Assembly (NCBI GenBank): GCA_973895155.1
Contig: OZ316892.1
Location: 27,800,307 to 27,864,306 of the forward strand
Direction of reading: 5' to 3'
Length of the DNA: 64,000 nt
Origin: Marsupella aquatica
Lineage: Eukaryota > Plantae > Marchantiophyta
Shown: piece after piece, positions 23,375 through 38,300 of the stretch
Position numbering within the stretch: position 1 is the first letter of the stretch
How the letters are laid out: every line of letters begins with the position of its first letter
Position numbers and translations under genes: made by a program
Notes under the pieces: model-generated
Told to the model about the DNA's origin: nothing
What the model saw: only the letters and a program-made list of their open reading frames with translations
Database searches by the model: none

Positions 23375-26300
23375 TTAATTTGCAAGGGCGAGCAGGAGGG
23401 CAGTCCCACGCTTGACCCAGAAGTCAGGCTCAACATTCCCACATTTCAAGGTGACAAAGAGAATGAAACTGGGCCTCTCTCTGGTACCAGTGCGAAGTGG
23501 GTAAAGGAACATGGGGCACTGGTAGAGCCCCTTCAAATTGCGCTTCTTGTTCACCACTGGCTTGAATAGAACGATAGGCATGGGCACAATCAGCTCCATA
23601 TGTTTGGGTTCCTGCATAGATAATGTGTCTTTTTTAATAGAGTTCTTGTTAAAATAGAGTACTCAATCAACTAACATCTATGACTTGTACACCGACGTCT
23701 TGGGTTCATTCCTTCGTTCACAGTGACTGAGTGACTTGGTTTACATACGTGCGCTTATATGCTGTCAAGTTTTACATGAGTGATCTTCATCAAGTTGATC
23801 CACGAATAATCTGTGTTTACGATGCAGTCTTACCCGATTCAGACTGTTTTATAAAAGCTTACGAAAACTATTGTGTATGTTAAAAGAGATGTTAATACTA
23901 CATCAATTACGTCTGTTCCATATTGTAAATGCAATAAAACCGGTTTGAGTGCATCTAGCTGTGGGAAATAAATTCAACACGGAGGACAGAGAGTATTCAT
24001 GAGAGGAGTTGTAAAGTTACACAGAGGCAGTCGTTCGCCTTGTCCCATCCTGCTCCTTCCAAGTACAAACCCTTGACATAGATGCCTTCCTTGGGATACT
24101 CTGTTATCTCCAATTCATCTTTGTAAACGCAAGTGAAATCCCACACTAGTGTGTCGATGGGGATCAAGTTCTTACGAGCTGTCGTCTGCAACACTGCGGT
24201 GAGAAAATCAGCTGGATATGTAAAACCAGCCAACCAATAGCAGATTGGGTATGTACCTTCTATCCAAATCTTCAACTCATTTAACCTCAGCAAGAGATCT
24301 CTCGTCCATGACCCCAATGGCTTCAAACTTGGATATGCCCTGCACAACGGAGCAATTATGCAGTCGTTGCATTGAATTAATGTATACATACGTGACTGAC
24401 AACCAGTCATCATCGAAAAGCTCCTAGTTTGTGTTTGTACAATCGATGTATCCTTCTCAGCCATCCACAGTTCAAGGGACGTATTAGAAACTGAACTCCA
24501 AGCGCTTATATTTTACACTAGCCTACCTCTGTCTTATAGTAGTGATTATGTTGGTTTGCTCTATATTTATGTTTGATGCCTAAATTAGAGACTGCTTGTT
24601 TCGCCAAACAAGTAAAGATTGCAACTTGAATTTACATAGGTACTATGGTGGTAATAGTTCGGCCAGCTGTGAGTCGGACTGAAAGCTTCTCTATGCTACC
24701 ATGCAAAGATATAGTATGTAAAGGACTAAAATGTGGAGAACTTACTTGATCCATGCCGGTGGAACCTTGCCCGCTGCGAAGGCATCAAACATGAGCGTCA
24801 TATCAGAGGACATCACCAACAAGCCTTGAATACCTTTTTGTAGAGTTGCACATTGATCCCGAATTTGATTCAGCAGCATGTTATACCTCTCCACCTCTTG
24901 AAAAAGCACAGTGTGAAGAGCAGACGGATCCCCTGATTTGTTCTTGACTAGTTCTGCATAGTTGAAGGGCTCTGGAATCTGCACCCAGTCATCCATACCC
25001 GAAATAACATGTTTGTAACGTAATAACTAATAGATGTAAACGAGATGTAGTCATCTTTGAAATGTGGACTGGTAACCGCGGAGTACATGTTTAGATCAAT
25101 CTCATATTAGTCTTTCCTGATATTCATACCTGAGATAGTAGCTCAGAGGCTATGCCATCTACCAGTTGCTCCTTACTCACTCCTCCTTTGCCTGTAGCTT
25201 CTCCAGCCCTAAGGCTTGAGATGGTTGCAAGGATTTCTCGGCTGTCTGCAAGTTGATAAGAAATGTCAGCATTTGGATGCTGCCCGAATGCTTCAGGCCT
25301 GTCATGACTTGGCAAAGTCATAATGAACTCCTTGTGGCTGCCCAGAGTTCCATCGTCAGGGACATGATATGCCAATAACGATGACAGCTCAAAGTTGGGA
25401 GTTTCCAGAATGGCTGGACAGTAGAACTGATTCAAGTATGAGGAAAGCACTCGACGGTCGAGCTCATCAGTGACCCGTCCACCATAGTTTGCTTGTGAGA
25501 TCAAGAACTTTAAAGCTTCAAATGGTGTCTCCTCATACTGATCAAGGTATGTCGTGAGCAGATCATTAGACACCTGTTGGCAGTGGGCAACACTTCAAGT
25601 TCTGGTCGGTGAATACATATTAATCTTAATGTTCCAAATTTGCTTATTAATTTGGAACATTCTTATTTTCATTCTTAATTAACCAGAATAAGGAGAAGTT
25701 TGTCGTAGATTACAGCTCTCGGAAAACTACCCTAGGGGCCTAGCATTTTGTTTTGGGTTCATGCAATAATTCGGTCACTATCTGTTTTTTGTTATTGGTT
25801 TTGAACTTCCTTTGATTTATTTTTAGCTGTCATCTCTTGTCCTGAACTAAGTTGGAATAAGTGAGTAAAAGTCAGGATTTACGCTGTATTTTGAGATTAT
25901 GGAATCATATTCATCAGCGCCGAGTCCAGGGTTTCAATTAAAATGTAAAGAAGGAAAAGCAGGACGGAAACAACAATCACCTCGAAGTCGGTGTCATTAA
26001 AGTCATAAGGTATGTTGAGTCCAAGATTCCCAAACTTCCTTCGCTCTAGAAGTACGCTATGAAAATAAGCAAGAGCAAAAAACAGTTTCTGATATTTATC
26101 CTGTTTTTTGCACTTATAGAATGCCTCTTCTGTGACTGTAGAATACATTCTCAATAAATTGGCTCGAAGACCCTGCAGACAAAGAGATGAGACAAGTTAC
26201 CACAAGAAAGGCTTTGAAACTTGTTACTTTCCATTGCTTCAATTGTTGGGATCCGAGTATTCCATTGGTTTGAAAAAGACATGGAACTTCTAATTACGAT

Positions 26301-29300
26301 GTAATCTCCTTAGGAAATGCTTACCCAAATCCAGATCACAATTGACCTTGATTTGCCATGCATGTCTTAGGCAGTCAGTCAAGTATTCAAGTATATTTGG
26401 TTCTAAGTGATTAGTTTTGGCTACATTTAAAAGAGCCGCACGAGGCTCACAAGTCTGATACTTATGGTTGTCTTGACCTCAAGTCACGCAGTGGGTTACA
26501 AAGATTCAACAACGCAGAGATTGAAGTCATACCTTTGGAGGCTCAGCTGTCATTTTTACACTCCTTTGGAGGATACCTATTGGAAACTTATCCGTAGGGA
26601 CACTTGATAACCATAAGCGGAAGCCAGGGTTAGGCTTGCTTTTCTCAAGAGTCGAGATAATTTTCTCTAACGTGGGCAGCCAGCTAGTCATCAGTTGGCA
26701 ATTTGCAAGAAATACCCATCCTCCACTCTTTGACTGCCAATCCAGGAGGATCTCAAATCAGATGTAATTATGAGATTTTTCCTTATTTTTTAATATGGAC
26801 TAATACGTCTGAATAAACTCTTCTTTGCTTCCCCAACTGCCCTGATGCTCATTAAGGCATTTTAATCCAAGCTTTCAATCATCTTCCCGTACCTCTGCTT
26901 ACAAAGCATCTCCACAGCTACGTTCGAGATTTGAGCTACTATAAATTTTTTTCTAGAAAATAGGGTAGAAAGCCAAAAAGTTTATAAATCCGAAGATTTA
27001 CCACCACTTGTTATACAGATGATCTTGACCTTTTTTTTGTAGATCACATGCAACTCACCGCATCATTAATGAGCTTAATGGCTACTGGGGCTTGGCCTTG
27101 TCCAAGCGCTACCGCATGGAAATTGTTCTCCATGGACTTGACGGCTGCAAATTGCTTCAAACCAGTGGTTGGATCTACGCCTGCAATCATTTTGTTAAAG
27201 AACAGATCACATAGTCAGGAACACTCTGAACTGTGTTTCTACTGTAACTCAAAGTTTCAAAGGGATCAGCTAATCGACATTCTTCGAAATACTGAGATTA
27301 TGTGTACCAGAACATGAGCATTAGAGAGAAGGTCAAGAGGGGAAGTATGCCCCTCCAGAGGGAAAAATGCAATGGGCAAAGTTGAAGTAAAAGGTGAGTG
27401 GATAAGTTACAATATCACATTCATAATTTAATTGCAATCGTCAATCTGTGGTCTTGTGGGTTACCAGCAGAAAGAATGAACAGTAGCGGACTGGAAGGAA
27501 CTGAATCTCCATAAGAATCTCCAAGGTCAAGAGGGGGCGGTTCTACAAACTTCTGTCCCACAAAGTTGGAAACGAAAGTTGTACAGGCAAAAATAATACG
27601 ATCCTGAAAATCAAACCACGGAGAATGTCAAACACCCCATGCAAGAGAGCAATTATTTTCTGCGGAGTTTCCCTTTTGAGTTCAAGCTTGACGGTTCTTC
27701 GAAGCTCGCGCTTCTCATTGTGCTGTCTTGCAAACATTATTGACTGCTTCAAACATCTACAATAACGAGATGGTTGCCAATAAATATGTGTAATAACTCA
27801 CAATACGGAATGACCGTAGAAGCATCATGCGCTGCAATTCACTTAGTTTGTCTTCCCAATCTCCCGGCAGCTCACTATCCTCGGGCTCAGAACTCTTATA
27901 CCAGTCGAACCATCTTCCCTGCTCACTTCTCAAGCTGTCGAGCTGATGGAATGAATTCATGCAAGATTAGGACGCAAAATCTAGTATAAAGCTCATTGAT
28001 AGTTGAGAAATCTCAAGTACCCAAAAAACCAATATAGTAAATCCCGAAGAACAATTGATTGATGATTATTTGCGTCACAAAATTGTAGACGGGATTGGAG
28101 AAATCTCCTGGATTTCCAGAGCCTTTGTTGCTGGCAGTCACAACAGAGGAACCAATACTCACAAGAGATTCGAACGGAGGTATTTTTACAAGCTCTGTGA
28201 CGTTGTCCCACATCTCCTCACTAATCCAATGAGGTGAAGGATTTGGGACTTGGGTTGTCTTGTCCATTACTACTCCCCCTTTCAGGAAAAAATTCCACTC
28301 ATCGTAAGAAATTTCACCGGTCCTCAGGAGTATCTTTGCGCAAATCTGTGGGAAATCATAACCGACGTGAGACTAAGTGACTGTTTCAGACACAAGAAAA
28401 TCTCCAATTGGTGTTATCTGGGTTCTCTGAAGCTTCCCCAAAATCAGACTATATTAAGGTCTGTAGAATCCAATCACTTTAAAACCCTTAATGGGCTCGG
28501 TATTTATAACAGAGTAATTACCTGAACTGACAAGAGTAGTTTGTGCTTTCCAAAGAGTCCACGGGTGGTGTACTTGTACACGGCATATGTATGAAACTCG
28601 TTGAGAGCTTTAATTCTCTCATTGATATTTTCAGATCTGCACAGACGTCTCACACGAATGCCATCTTACTCGCTAGCAACGTTTGCCCTCGCACCTTACG
28701 TTAAGCAGACGGCGTGAATTATCGATTAGTTTCTGGTTTGGAGTCCATTTTTCTAGCGGCTCAGATGGGTAGTAATTGACACCATCAATGTCGACTATTA
28801 GAAATCGTCAATGTCCAGTATGCGAAGCTGTTATCAAGTTCATGGCGTTCAGAAAGATGTGTTTTAACTTACTTGGATGACTTGGTGATCGAAATAAGAA
28901 AAAGCTCCGTGTAAGCCTCCAAAGAGAACTGATACATAGGGTCAATTGCTACCAGCTCAATCAAAATGAAGTAGAGGAGTGCAGCACGTTCTGCACATGG
29001 TTTGTAAGCTGAACTGGCAAGCTCAACCTTTTTGGCCGTTACCTCCGCAAGTTCCAGCGATTCTTTCACCTGTCCAACGGATACAATAATTCAAGATTCT
29101 AAAACTTGTCTGCTCACTCAAATAGATAGGCCTCGACACTGAGTTTCATGTATTCCTCGCAGGCCCAGTGATTTAAACTGTCAAGTATATGAATGGATGT
29201 CTGAATTAGAATTTCTAGAAGTAGAATGAGTGCAACCTTTTCCCAAGTTTCTTTTGAAGTGTCCAGAGTTGCAATCAGCTCAATGTTGTCCAGCATGTTC

Positions 29301-32300
29301 CCCTCAGCAGTGGCAAGCATACGTAAGATGTCATCCTCGCATTTGACTTGCATCTTCTTACCTTTGGAGACCTGGCATGTGACAATTACAAAGGTTCTTC
29401 TCATGAACCTTCAGAAATTGGAGTACATTTCTCTAGAGGGACTCCATATTTCCACATTCTTCACCACTGCTTAGACCATTGGAGAGCAAGTTCTATTTAC
29501 TTCAACAACTGCACCTCAACATGACAGTAGAAGATACAGGATCAAGAGACATTTGCATTGGTGTAGAAGGCAAAGGAAGGAAACGTCTTACAGTGACTAT
29601 AAGCTCATTTCTCTGCTTGTCCAGATCCGGTCTCTCCTTTTTGACAACGAGAGTCAACAACTGGTTTTCTAAACTGGTTTCTTTCACTGCAAAATTGATG
29701 ATTGTAGTTTTTGTTGAAATCTCAGGCGGAAAATGTGGATTTGAAAGCTTCGTGGTGATGTAGAGCTTGAAATTGAAGTTGTAGTCCAGCTCTTTGTCTC
29801 CAAGTCGGATGAAGTACTGAATGTGCATGTCATTTTAACATCAGAAGATGAAACGTTAGTCAGCAAATATCTCCTCACAATTTTTAAAACATTTCCAATG
29901 TCATTATATTAGTATGAAAGCCACATAGTGGGTGGCTGGCGGTGGGCTGATCTGCCGGGGGTTGGGCCCCATTTGTTCCCTTCTTGGGTGGCCTTCGTCC
30001 TCTTGCGTGTTATTGATGGCCCCTGCGCCCTTTTTTCAAATAAAAAGGGAAAAAAAAAAGAGAAAAAAAAAGTATGAAAGCCACGATGGTAAATTGTGAT
30101 GTGAAATTTGACGCAAATTGCTTCATTGCTTTTCGAATAGGTATATTCCACTGATATTTGTGGATTCCAGTCAATGACCATTTTACTTCTTCATTTTGTC
30201 CAGACAATGATCTTATGAAGTTCACTCCACCACTGTTGGTAAGGAATAAGAGTCTGCGGGAGTAAGTTTAGTGCTGTTTGAGGTTTACTTCTGGTGGAGA
30301 AGATACTTACATTAGCTCCTCTCTGTATGTAAGATTTTGAGAGGATGGCCTCAAGTGCAGGATCAACACTCTCATAAATATCCTGGAGCAACACTGGCAG
30401 ACCATTTTGAACTGCGTTCTCCATCACTTGCATCATTTTGTCACTCTGCTCAAAAGAAAAATGATGCGTTGATCAGAGTTTTGCGGTTGGCCCATTATAT
30501 TCTTCCATGTTCTGTAATGTATACCATCATCCAGCTAGTAGACAATTTAGGCTCTTAACTTTTCTCAATATGTGCTGATCATCTGTTTTCATGGGGACTG
30601 GATAGTTACTCAAGTGGGGCCTCTCAGAAATACAAAGTTGGATAAATGAATCCCAACCAACTCATTTAACAGCTCACCAGGACGTAGTTCATGAACTACA
30701 TGTTTGTAAACCCCTTTAGCAAGGGACAGCATGCTAGGGTCCAAATTGATCATACCTGCAAGTCAACAACTTCAATATTGCGAGTCGCCTCCATATTCTT
30801 GATCCATTTCTTGGCTTGCTCCTGGAAGGCATAAGATCTTTGCTATTAACTCTTGCTTATGAATTTCTTCATTGCCAATTTCCCACCGTTATTATTTGGA
30901 GCTGTTGGCAGGAACTGCCTGAAGATCAAATAGTCTAGAACTTTTGAAAGATTTTTGTTTTGTTTTGGACTGTTTAGCATGGCCTCCACTAGCGTCCATA
31001 GTAAAAATGGGGTTGAGAAGGCGCATGCAATGGAGTTACAGCAAATGCTGCACTGAGTTATTTCTTTATAAGATGGGCACTGGTTGGGGACTCTAGTCCC
31101 TGGCCTATAAAGTTGTGTTCTAAAATATCACCTGAGGATCAATCATGAGGGGCCATCTGTCACTGCGGTTGACAAGAACACCATTTTCTGAGGAGAAACC
31201 ATCGGCAGGCAACCCTTGGATATTCCATTCTCTCACATCGCCAGGATCAGCCAAGAAATCGTTAAATGAGAATGTGGCTGATGCAGGGATTTCCAATCTT
31301 TTGACCTGTAAAATGCGATTTATGGGCTCTCTGATTGTCACAACGTATATAGCATGTTTCTGAAACGTCAGGTTTTATGCTCCGAGTATTCCTGATATCC
31401 ACAATTTATTCTATTGAGCTTAATATAATTTGATTTCTCTATTCAATTCCCTCATATTCAGTTAATTTGAATTGAGTTAGATTCTCATGTCACTGATATA
31501 CGTGCCAAGTAAACAGAGGGAAATAGAATTTCAGGCTCTTCGAATAAGATGAGAGCAATTAGAAGTGAGTAGATATCTACCTCAGCAATCCAGCCATCCA
31601 CAAGTTCATCACGATACTCTGATGCGAAAGGTCCTGTGTACGAGAGACAGGCAGCAGCCACCAAGCAATCCCCAGGAAGCAGTTTGATGCCCTCCTCCAA
31701 GTTTACAATTGAAGCCTCCCATCTTTCTTTTTCGCCTGCCAATCCTGTAACCAATTTCTCTGCCCGAAACAATTTTGCCTGCACATATGATACAACAAAT
31801 TATTTGCAGTCGTAATGATGCTGATAGCTTTGGTGGTACTTCCTTCAATATATATATTTTCGTCCTCTCAATCCAGGAGCTAATTGAGATATTTGTTTAG
31901 GCAAGGACATACAAGTAAAAAACGTGTAGCAGATTTATAGATACCAATTTTCGTAAAACTCAAGCTGAGCAACAGCACGAATTCGAAATGTGAACTTTTC
32001 TATATGCATAAAAGCTTGTATCGTTCAACTAGATTCAAAACAAACCAAGACATCTGGGAGATCCTATTTGAATGTTTTCACATTGAGGTCATCAAGTTCT
32101 GATTGAAGAGCCTCCTTTACTGCAATGGACTTGTCATACTTGTCTTTCAGTGCTTGGATTTTAGCCAAAAGCTCTGCTAGTTGGTTTCTGTCATTGAACA
32201 AGATAAGGTTTTAAGTCAAAAGTTGTCTATGTTTATCCTCGGAGCAGCTCCATTAGATCACTAATTGACTTGAAAGGCATAATTTCTATTGATGCCAAAA

Positions 32301-35300
32301 AATCTCACGCTCGTCTCTTATTTGGATGTGGCCTTGGAGACCTTCCTTATTTTCATGGAAACACCACACTGCAGGCTGGAGCAGAGAATAGTAATCTAAA
32401 CGTTGAGAGAACACATGCAGAAAACGGCTTACTTGGCCTTCTGTAATGAGGCTTCTTGTTTAGCCAGGTTTTCCTGTGCAACTCTTAGTTTCGCTTTCTT
32501 TGGAGCAACCTCTTTGTTTATGTAGCCATATTGTTCCATAGCACGCACCTGCAATTGTTCATGCCATAACTGAGATGCATGTCATCTCAACTGATTCAAA
32601 CTACCCTAAGTTTGCTGACTGCCTCATCATCTTCTGAATCCATGCATGAAAAGGGAAGATTAATTTCCCCTTTGTCACCTTTTCTCGGTCCTCTCTAGAA
32701 GAGGTAAATGAGTAGCATTGGCGAGGGCAAAGGATGAGAGAGTGAATTTTTAGGGCCACGCACCCACAAGCAGAGACCCTTACAGGCACTGGAGACTTTT
32801 CCAATTACATCCGGCTGAAACTCGGACTTCTTTGTGAATTTATTGATCTTCTTCAGAAGGGCATCGTCCTGCAATAGACAAACCACAATTCAATGGATGA
32901 CGAGCGAACAGTCAATATCTCCCGCAACTTAAATAAAGAGAGTGAGGAATTGCCTTCCAGTTGAACCTCATTGCATTAAATGCAAAATAACGCGATCCGG
33001 ATTTACATTTCGAACAATGAATCAGGTCACAGGTACCAGGTTGTACCAGTAAATCTTTGTCATAATTCATAAGGTTTGCGAGAAACTGTTGATCTCCAAG
33101 TGCAATCTTGGAGTCTAACCACTCAGTGCCCTTCTTCAGCACAGTCATAACGGCTGATAGAGTCATCTCTACCAGAGCAGGCGGCTTGGCATATGCCTTG
33201 ACTTCACTCATATCCTTCTTGGTAAGCACATTCAGAGCAGCTTCAGCAGCATTCAGTGCAGGCATTGCTTTGTCTAGATCTTGCTGGCAATCTGCAGCAA
33301 TGGCATTGCAGATAATAGATTCCTTCTCTATTGCAGCAGCCTCTATTTTTACCTGCAACCAACATCAGCTGTTGAGAGGCTCGGTCCATCTCACTTCTGG
33401 CTTGCTTGTAAACTTCTGGAAAACCTCCACAATGTTTTGTAGGAAATGTACCCAACAATTAAACTTGGAAACTATGAAGTTTTTAAGTGCTTGTATTAAT
33501 CCGTAGTATCTGGTACAGTCTGGAAGAGACGTCATAGATCGGGGATGCCCAGAGAAAGAGTGTACGGTACATTGTATATCATGGTGTTTCTTTATGATTT
33601 TAAAGTTTTGTTTTTTAATTTAATTATTGGACATATCAAGAATAATGATTGAAGAGATCACGTCAAGAATCTGAATCTGCGCCAACTGTCATTAATCGGC
33701 ACGACTGGAACCACAATTCAACCAATGCTTTGGGGACTGGCACAACTGCTAAACACACACATCAAGCAAAGACTGAAGATGTCAATGCTAGTAAGATGGA
33801 GGATGCCTATGAAGGAGAGAGGTGACCTTCATTTCTTGGTCATCCACAATTCTCTTCTCTGTTACTATCTGCACCAGGACCTCCTCACATTCTTTCTTTG
33901 CTTGTGCAACAACTTGTTGCTTCTCTGAGCAAACTACTTGCATCTTTGCTACCTGCTCTCTTGTTTCTACCAGCTTGTTTAAACCTCCCTTAAGCTTATC
34001 AGCTGCACTGCGATTAAATATCTTCTTTTCTGCAAGCAGTTTTCGATATCTGCAGAATGGATGGCCTCAAGAATACCCTCTTTTTTAAACAATAGTGGGT
34101 GATTTCCGTTTAATGTTATTTTTTAAATTTGAATGAAGTTTGAGTCCAGCTTTTAACTGGGACATGGGCAAGTCAAAGATGTGAGGTTTCATGCTCAAGA
34201 AAGCAAGTTACAACAACATATTCTTACTAGTCTTGGTTTGGATCAGAGTTAGATAGAAGTTGCTCGAGATACCCATAACCCTTCTTCAATGGTTTAGATC
34301 AGAGAAAGCTGAACTTTTCTTTTGCTCTATTGTTATTATCAGTCACAAATTGAATTTAATGATGAAACACACCCTTTGGCAAACTCAAGATAGCTTGTGG
34401 GTGTGACATAATTCTTCCGCTTGACTTGGGCCAGCATCTTTTCTGACATTTTGAACACTGACATATGAATGGTCACAAATATTTTGCACACAGAATTTTT
34501 GACCTCGGCAGTTCCCAAATTTTCCTCTGGTTGCATCAATCGTACAGCAACTTCTGCGAGTGCATCTTCTGGCCAGTCCAAGAACCTGTGAGGCAGTCAG
34601 ACATTTGGTCCTTTTTAATTCCATCGAGACCCCTAACACCATCCATCCCTCAACATACAGAAGAAGATGTCCCTCAAAAGTTTAAACTAGTTGGACTTCA
34701 CAACTATTCCAAACCAGTCCCCACCAAGACGTTTCCAAAATGAATGGTTCTGATAAAATGTCCCGCTCATAAATGCTTAAGTTCCTATGAAATGAGGGCC
34801 AACGACAAGTCTTATGTAACCACAACTAAAATTCCTGTACTCTCCCTCGCATAGATAGATCTATGAGGTCTTAGAGTTCAACAGCATGACTTTGCAGTCA
34901 ATGTATAACTTCTCACTGCCTGTCTAACATAAAACAGGTGTACAGAACCGACTTTTCTTCGTTACCAATCAATCGTTGTGCAGTTAACAAGTCCAGGAAA
35001 CATCTGCAACCGCTTCTGGAATTGCTTGGAGACTGGGCTGAGGCACAAGACCACATGTAAACATTCACGAACTCGCTCGATGAAGTATAGGAAAAGGTCC
35101 TCATCTGTTTCTCCAGCCCCAGCTTTCTTTGCAATAGGGCGGATTGCATCATAAATGGCAGTTAAATCATCTTTATTGAACAAATTTGGAACCTGCATCA
35201 ACCGCAAGAATTAAGCGTGCAACGAATTTAGCACTCATTCTCTAAGCCAGGGAATGATCTAAAGCTAAGCAGAACTCCATCCACGGGAGACATTTTGCAA

Positions 35301-38300
35301 GAGAATTACTAGAATTTGGAAAATAGACAGGATGAATTGGCTTCAAAATATTTAGTCTCGTTCTTTAAGGTGATCTTGAAACATACCTCTCCTGAACTTA
35401 AAATGTTGTTGATATCTTCAAGAAAGTTCTCCTGGACTATTTGAGTGTCATCAAATAGAAAGACTGTGGGTACTTTATTTTCACCCAACCCTGCTTGCGT
35501 AAAAAGCAGCTTGAGATCATCGTGAAATTGTGGTGACAGGTAATTGTTGGTGATTTGAATTGAGAAAACCTGACCATCCACGAGTCATGTCATAAGTAAT
35601 TTGCACTATATCATGACATTAGAAACAAATGCCAGAAACCATATCATAACTAAGGTATTTGATTGACATCATAAATAGCATTTAATATGAGACGGAGATA
35701 CTATACACTTGACACTTGTTTTACAATTATATGAGAGGTAAAAGGAACCTTCATATCAGCCACAAAGGAAGCAAGCTTTGTAAGACTCTTTCGCCCACTT
35801 CCACCAACGCCAACAAGCAGCAGGTGACCTCTCGGTTGCAAGAGAACTCGGTGAATTCGACAAATATGCTCCATTGCATCTTTGAAGAGCACCTAAAGTG
35901 TTGAATGAGCCATTGTTGAGTTTCGAAATGAAAGGCTGTGGATGTGGTGATTCCTTTAAACTGTGTCATCGTACTTGAGCATTGTTTTCCATCAAAATGA
36001 GTCGTAAGAGGTCTTTTTCCTGGTGCTGTTAGTTTTTGGTTTAGCTAAGGAGCGATAACTTTGAATAGTGATTACGAGGACTTGGTTTGACGCTCTTAAC
36101 AGTCCCACTACACCCAATTAGGACAAAGGTCACAGAGTCAATGAAATGATAAAGGACAGACGCTTACTAGATTCATGCCAAAAATACCCGGTTGATTCTT
36201 GCACTCTTTGAGGCATTCCTCAAGGACCTCTTTCAGTTCCTTGAAACCTTCAATTTGTATATACTTTGCGTCGTCAATGCCTGGTTCCATGACCCTTGTG
36301 ATTAATGGCCTTACAGTGTCCTTACCAAATACTGTTTTCCAGTCAGTATTGAAAACATCTTTGAGCTTCGTGTTAAGCAAATCCTGCAAGAGTTTGACAG
36401 TATCTTTTCAGATTTACATTGCATCGAACAAAAATTCTCCAAAAACTTCTTTAAGACATTAGATATCTACAATACCCAGTAAGAAAAACTGAGTAGTACA
36501 AAATTTTAATCTTAAACACAAAACCTGAAATGGGAACGCATGAATATTGAATATGAAACGAAAGTGGAAAATGGAAAAGTGAAAAATGAAATAAAGGAAA
36601 TAAATGAAATAGTAGGAATTGAAATGAAATTGCTTTTTCTGTCCACGTTTCCCCTGGAATGGACGAAGGACAGGAGTGTGGGAAGAAGATTCTCTCAGGA
36701 AAAGGCGATGTTATGAAGCAGAATGGCCAATATTCAGGTTTTTTAGTTTTCTGGAGGATATCCTAAACTACTACTCACCCATAGCCAGTGCCGGTCAGCG
36801 GGGTCAAACATGCGATCACCATACACACGTAGGCACTCATGGCAGAATAGTTGGAGAATGGAATCTTTGGTGTGATACACATCTTTGCTACCATTCAGAA
36901 GACCTTGAATCACCTGAGTCAACCAATTTGAGAAGTTCTGAAAAATCTTCGAATCAACGCAGTTTTGAATTCATAGTTATTTGGAAGGTGTCTAGGTAGA
37001 AATTGATAAAATGAATGAACACTCAATTGAGCTGCGGGACCACCCATGCGAATTGAATTACAAGAGCTGAAATCAAAGTGAGTGGAGAAAGTATAAGATC
37101 AACCAAGAGTAGATTAAGATTTCTGATCTCTACTACATTTCCAGTGGACTGACCTGCCGAGTTCCGTTCTAATTGTGACACAAGCGAATGACTCACGAGG
37201 ATATTCTAAACTACTACTATTCTAAATAACTGTGCCGCCCAAGCCCTGTATGTTTTGAGTCCTCAATAATTTAAAATTCCTAGCGTTGAATGTCCAGCAT
37301 TGTTCAATTTCATACACATGAACTGACCTTTGCAAGATCTCGCATGTTGAAGATGTAGTGACCTTTGCTTGGAGTTGGTAGTAGCTCAGTCATTATGGTG
37401 GTGAAGACACTTATGCACGAGCCAATCAAATTTTCGCCCATCTGTTTCACCTCTACTTCAAAATCTGCCAGCTTGGCTAGAAGAATTGTGCCAAATATCC
37501 TTCTCATTTGCTTGTCATTTGGAGTTGTGACATTAAGCTGCAAAATATGGAAAGAATTTCTCAGATTGTTTCAATGTTACTTATCAGCTCAATGCTTTGA
37601 GTACTTGAAATGGTCTATGTCGATGAATATTGGTTTGAGTTTGTGATGCACACCAGGGAGAAGCAAGCTTGAACTCGACAAGAGATCTTGCTTCGACCAC
37701 CACCAGGAGGGGCCATGGCACAAAGGAGCTGGCAGTTCTTGATATGTCTTACTTCTTGTTTAGAACGATCATACCAAAATCCATTATCCATCCAAAGCTT
37801 CAGCAATTCCAATGGAGGCATAAAGCCAAACTGTGAGGCAATCCAATTGACTTGTCAAATTGTTTCTACTGGTTCACTTTCCACAAATGACTGCATTGTG
37901 GAATTCAGTCACTACTCAAATACAACAGACAACAAGGCGATCATTTCAGCTTATCGGATCTGGCTACTAAAAGATCCATCCCAGCATCGTGAGATGTTCT
38001 GAAGAGGCCAAATATTTTGATAATTCAAATAATTGGAAATGGTGTCCAGGATCACCTGACTTTTCTTCGGCATGTTGAGATCATCAAGAAAACACACCAA
38101 CTTCTTTCCTCCAGGAGGTGCAAAAACTCCTCTGGTTCGTTTTTCAAGTCTACCCTCGATGGTTTCCTACATTCACAAAATCATAACATCCTTATCGAAA
38201 CTCATCTACTGCAAAATCGATACAATTATAATAGACACTCTCGTCCTCGTTTTGCATTACCGCTATCTCTACCACCAAACCATAACTTTTTCAAAATTCG

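Noticed and set aside
36770-36915. Suspected frameshift in the dynein exon missing from the ORF track
   Set aside because: Careful reading gives ...[16 protein letters not shown]|GTGAGT in phase 0; the exon is intact.
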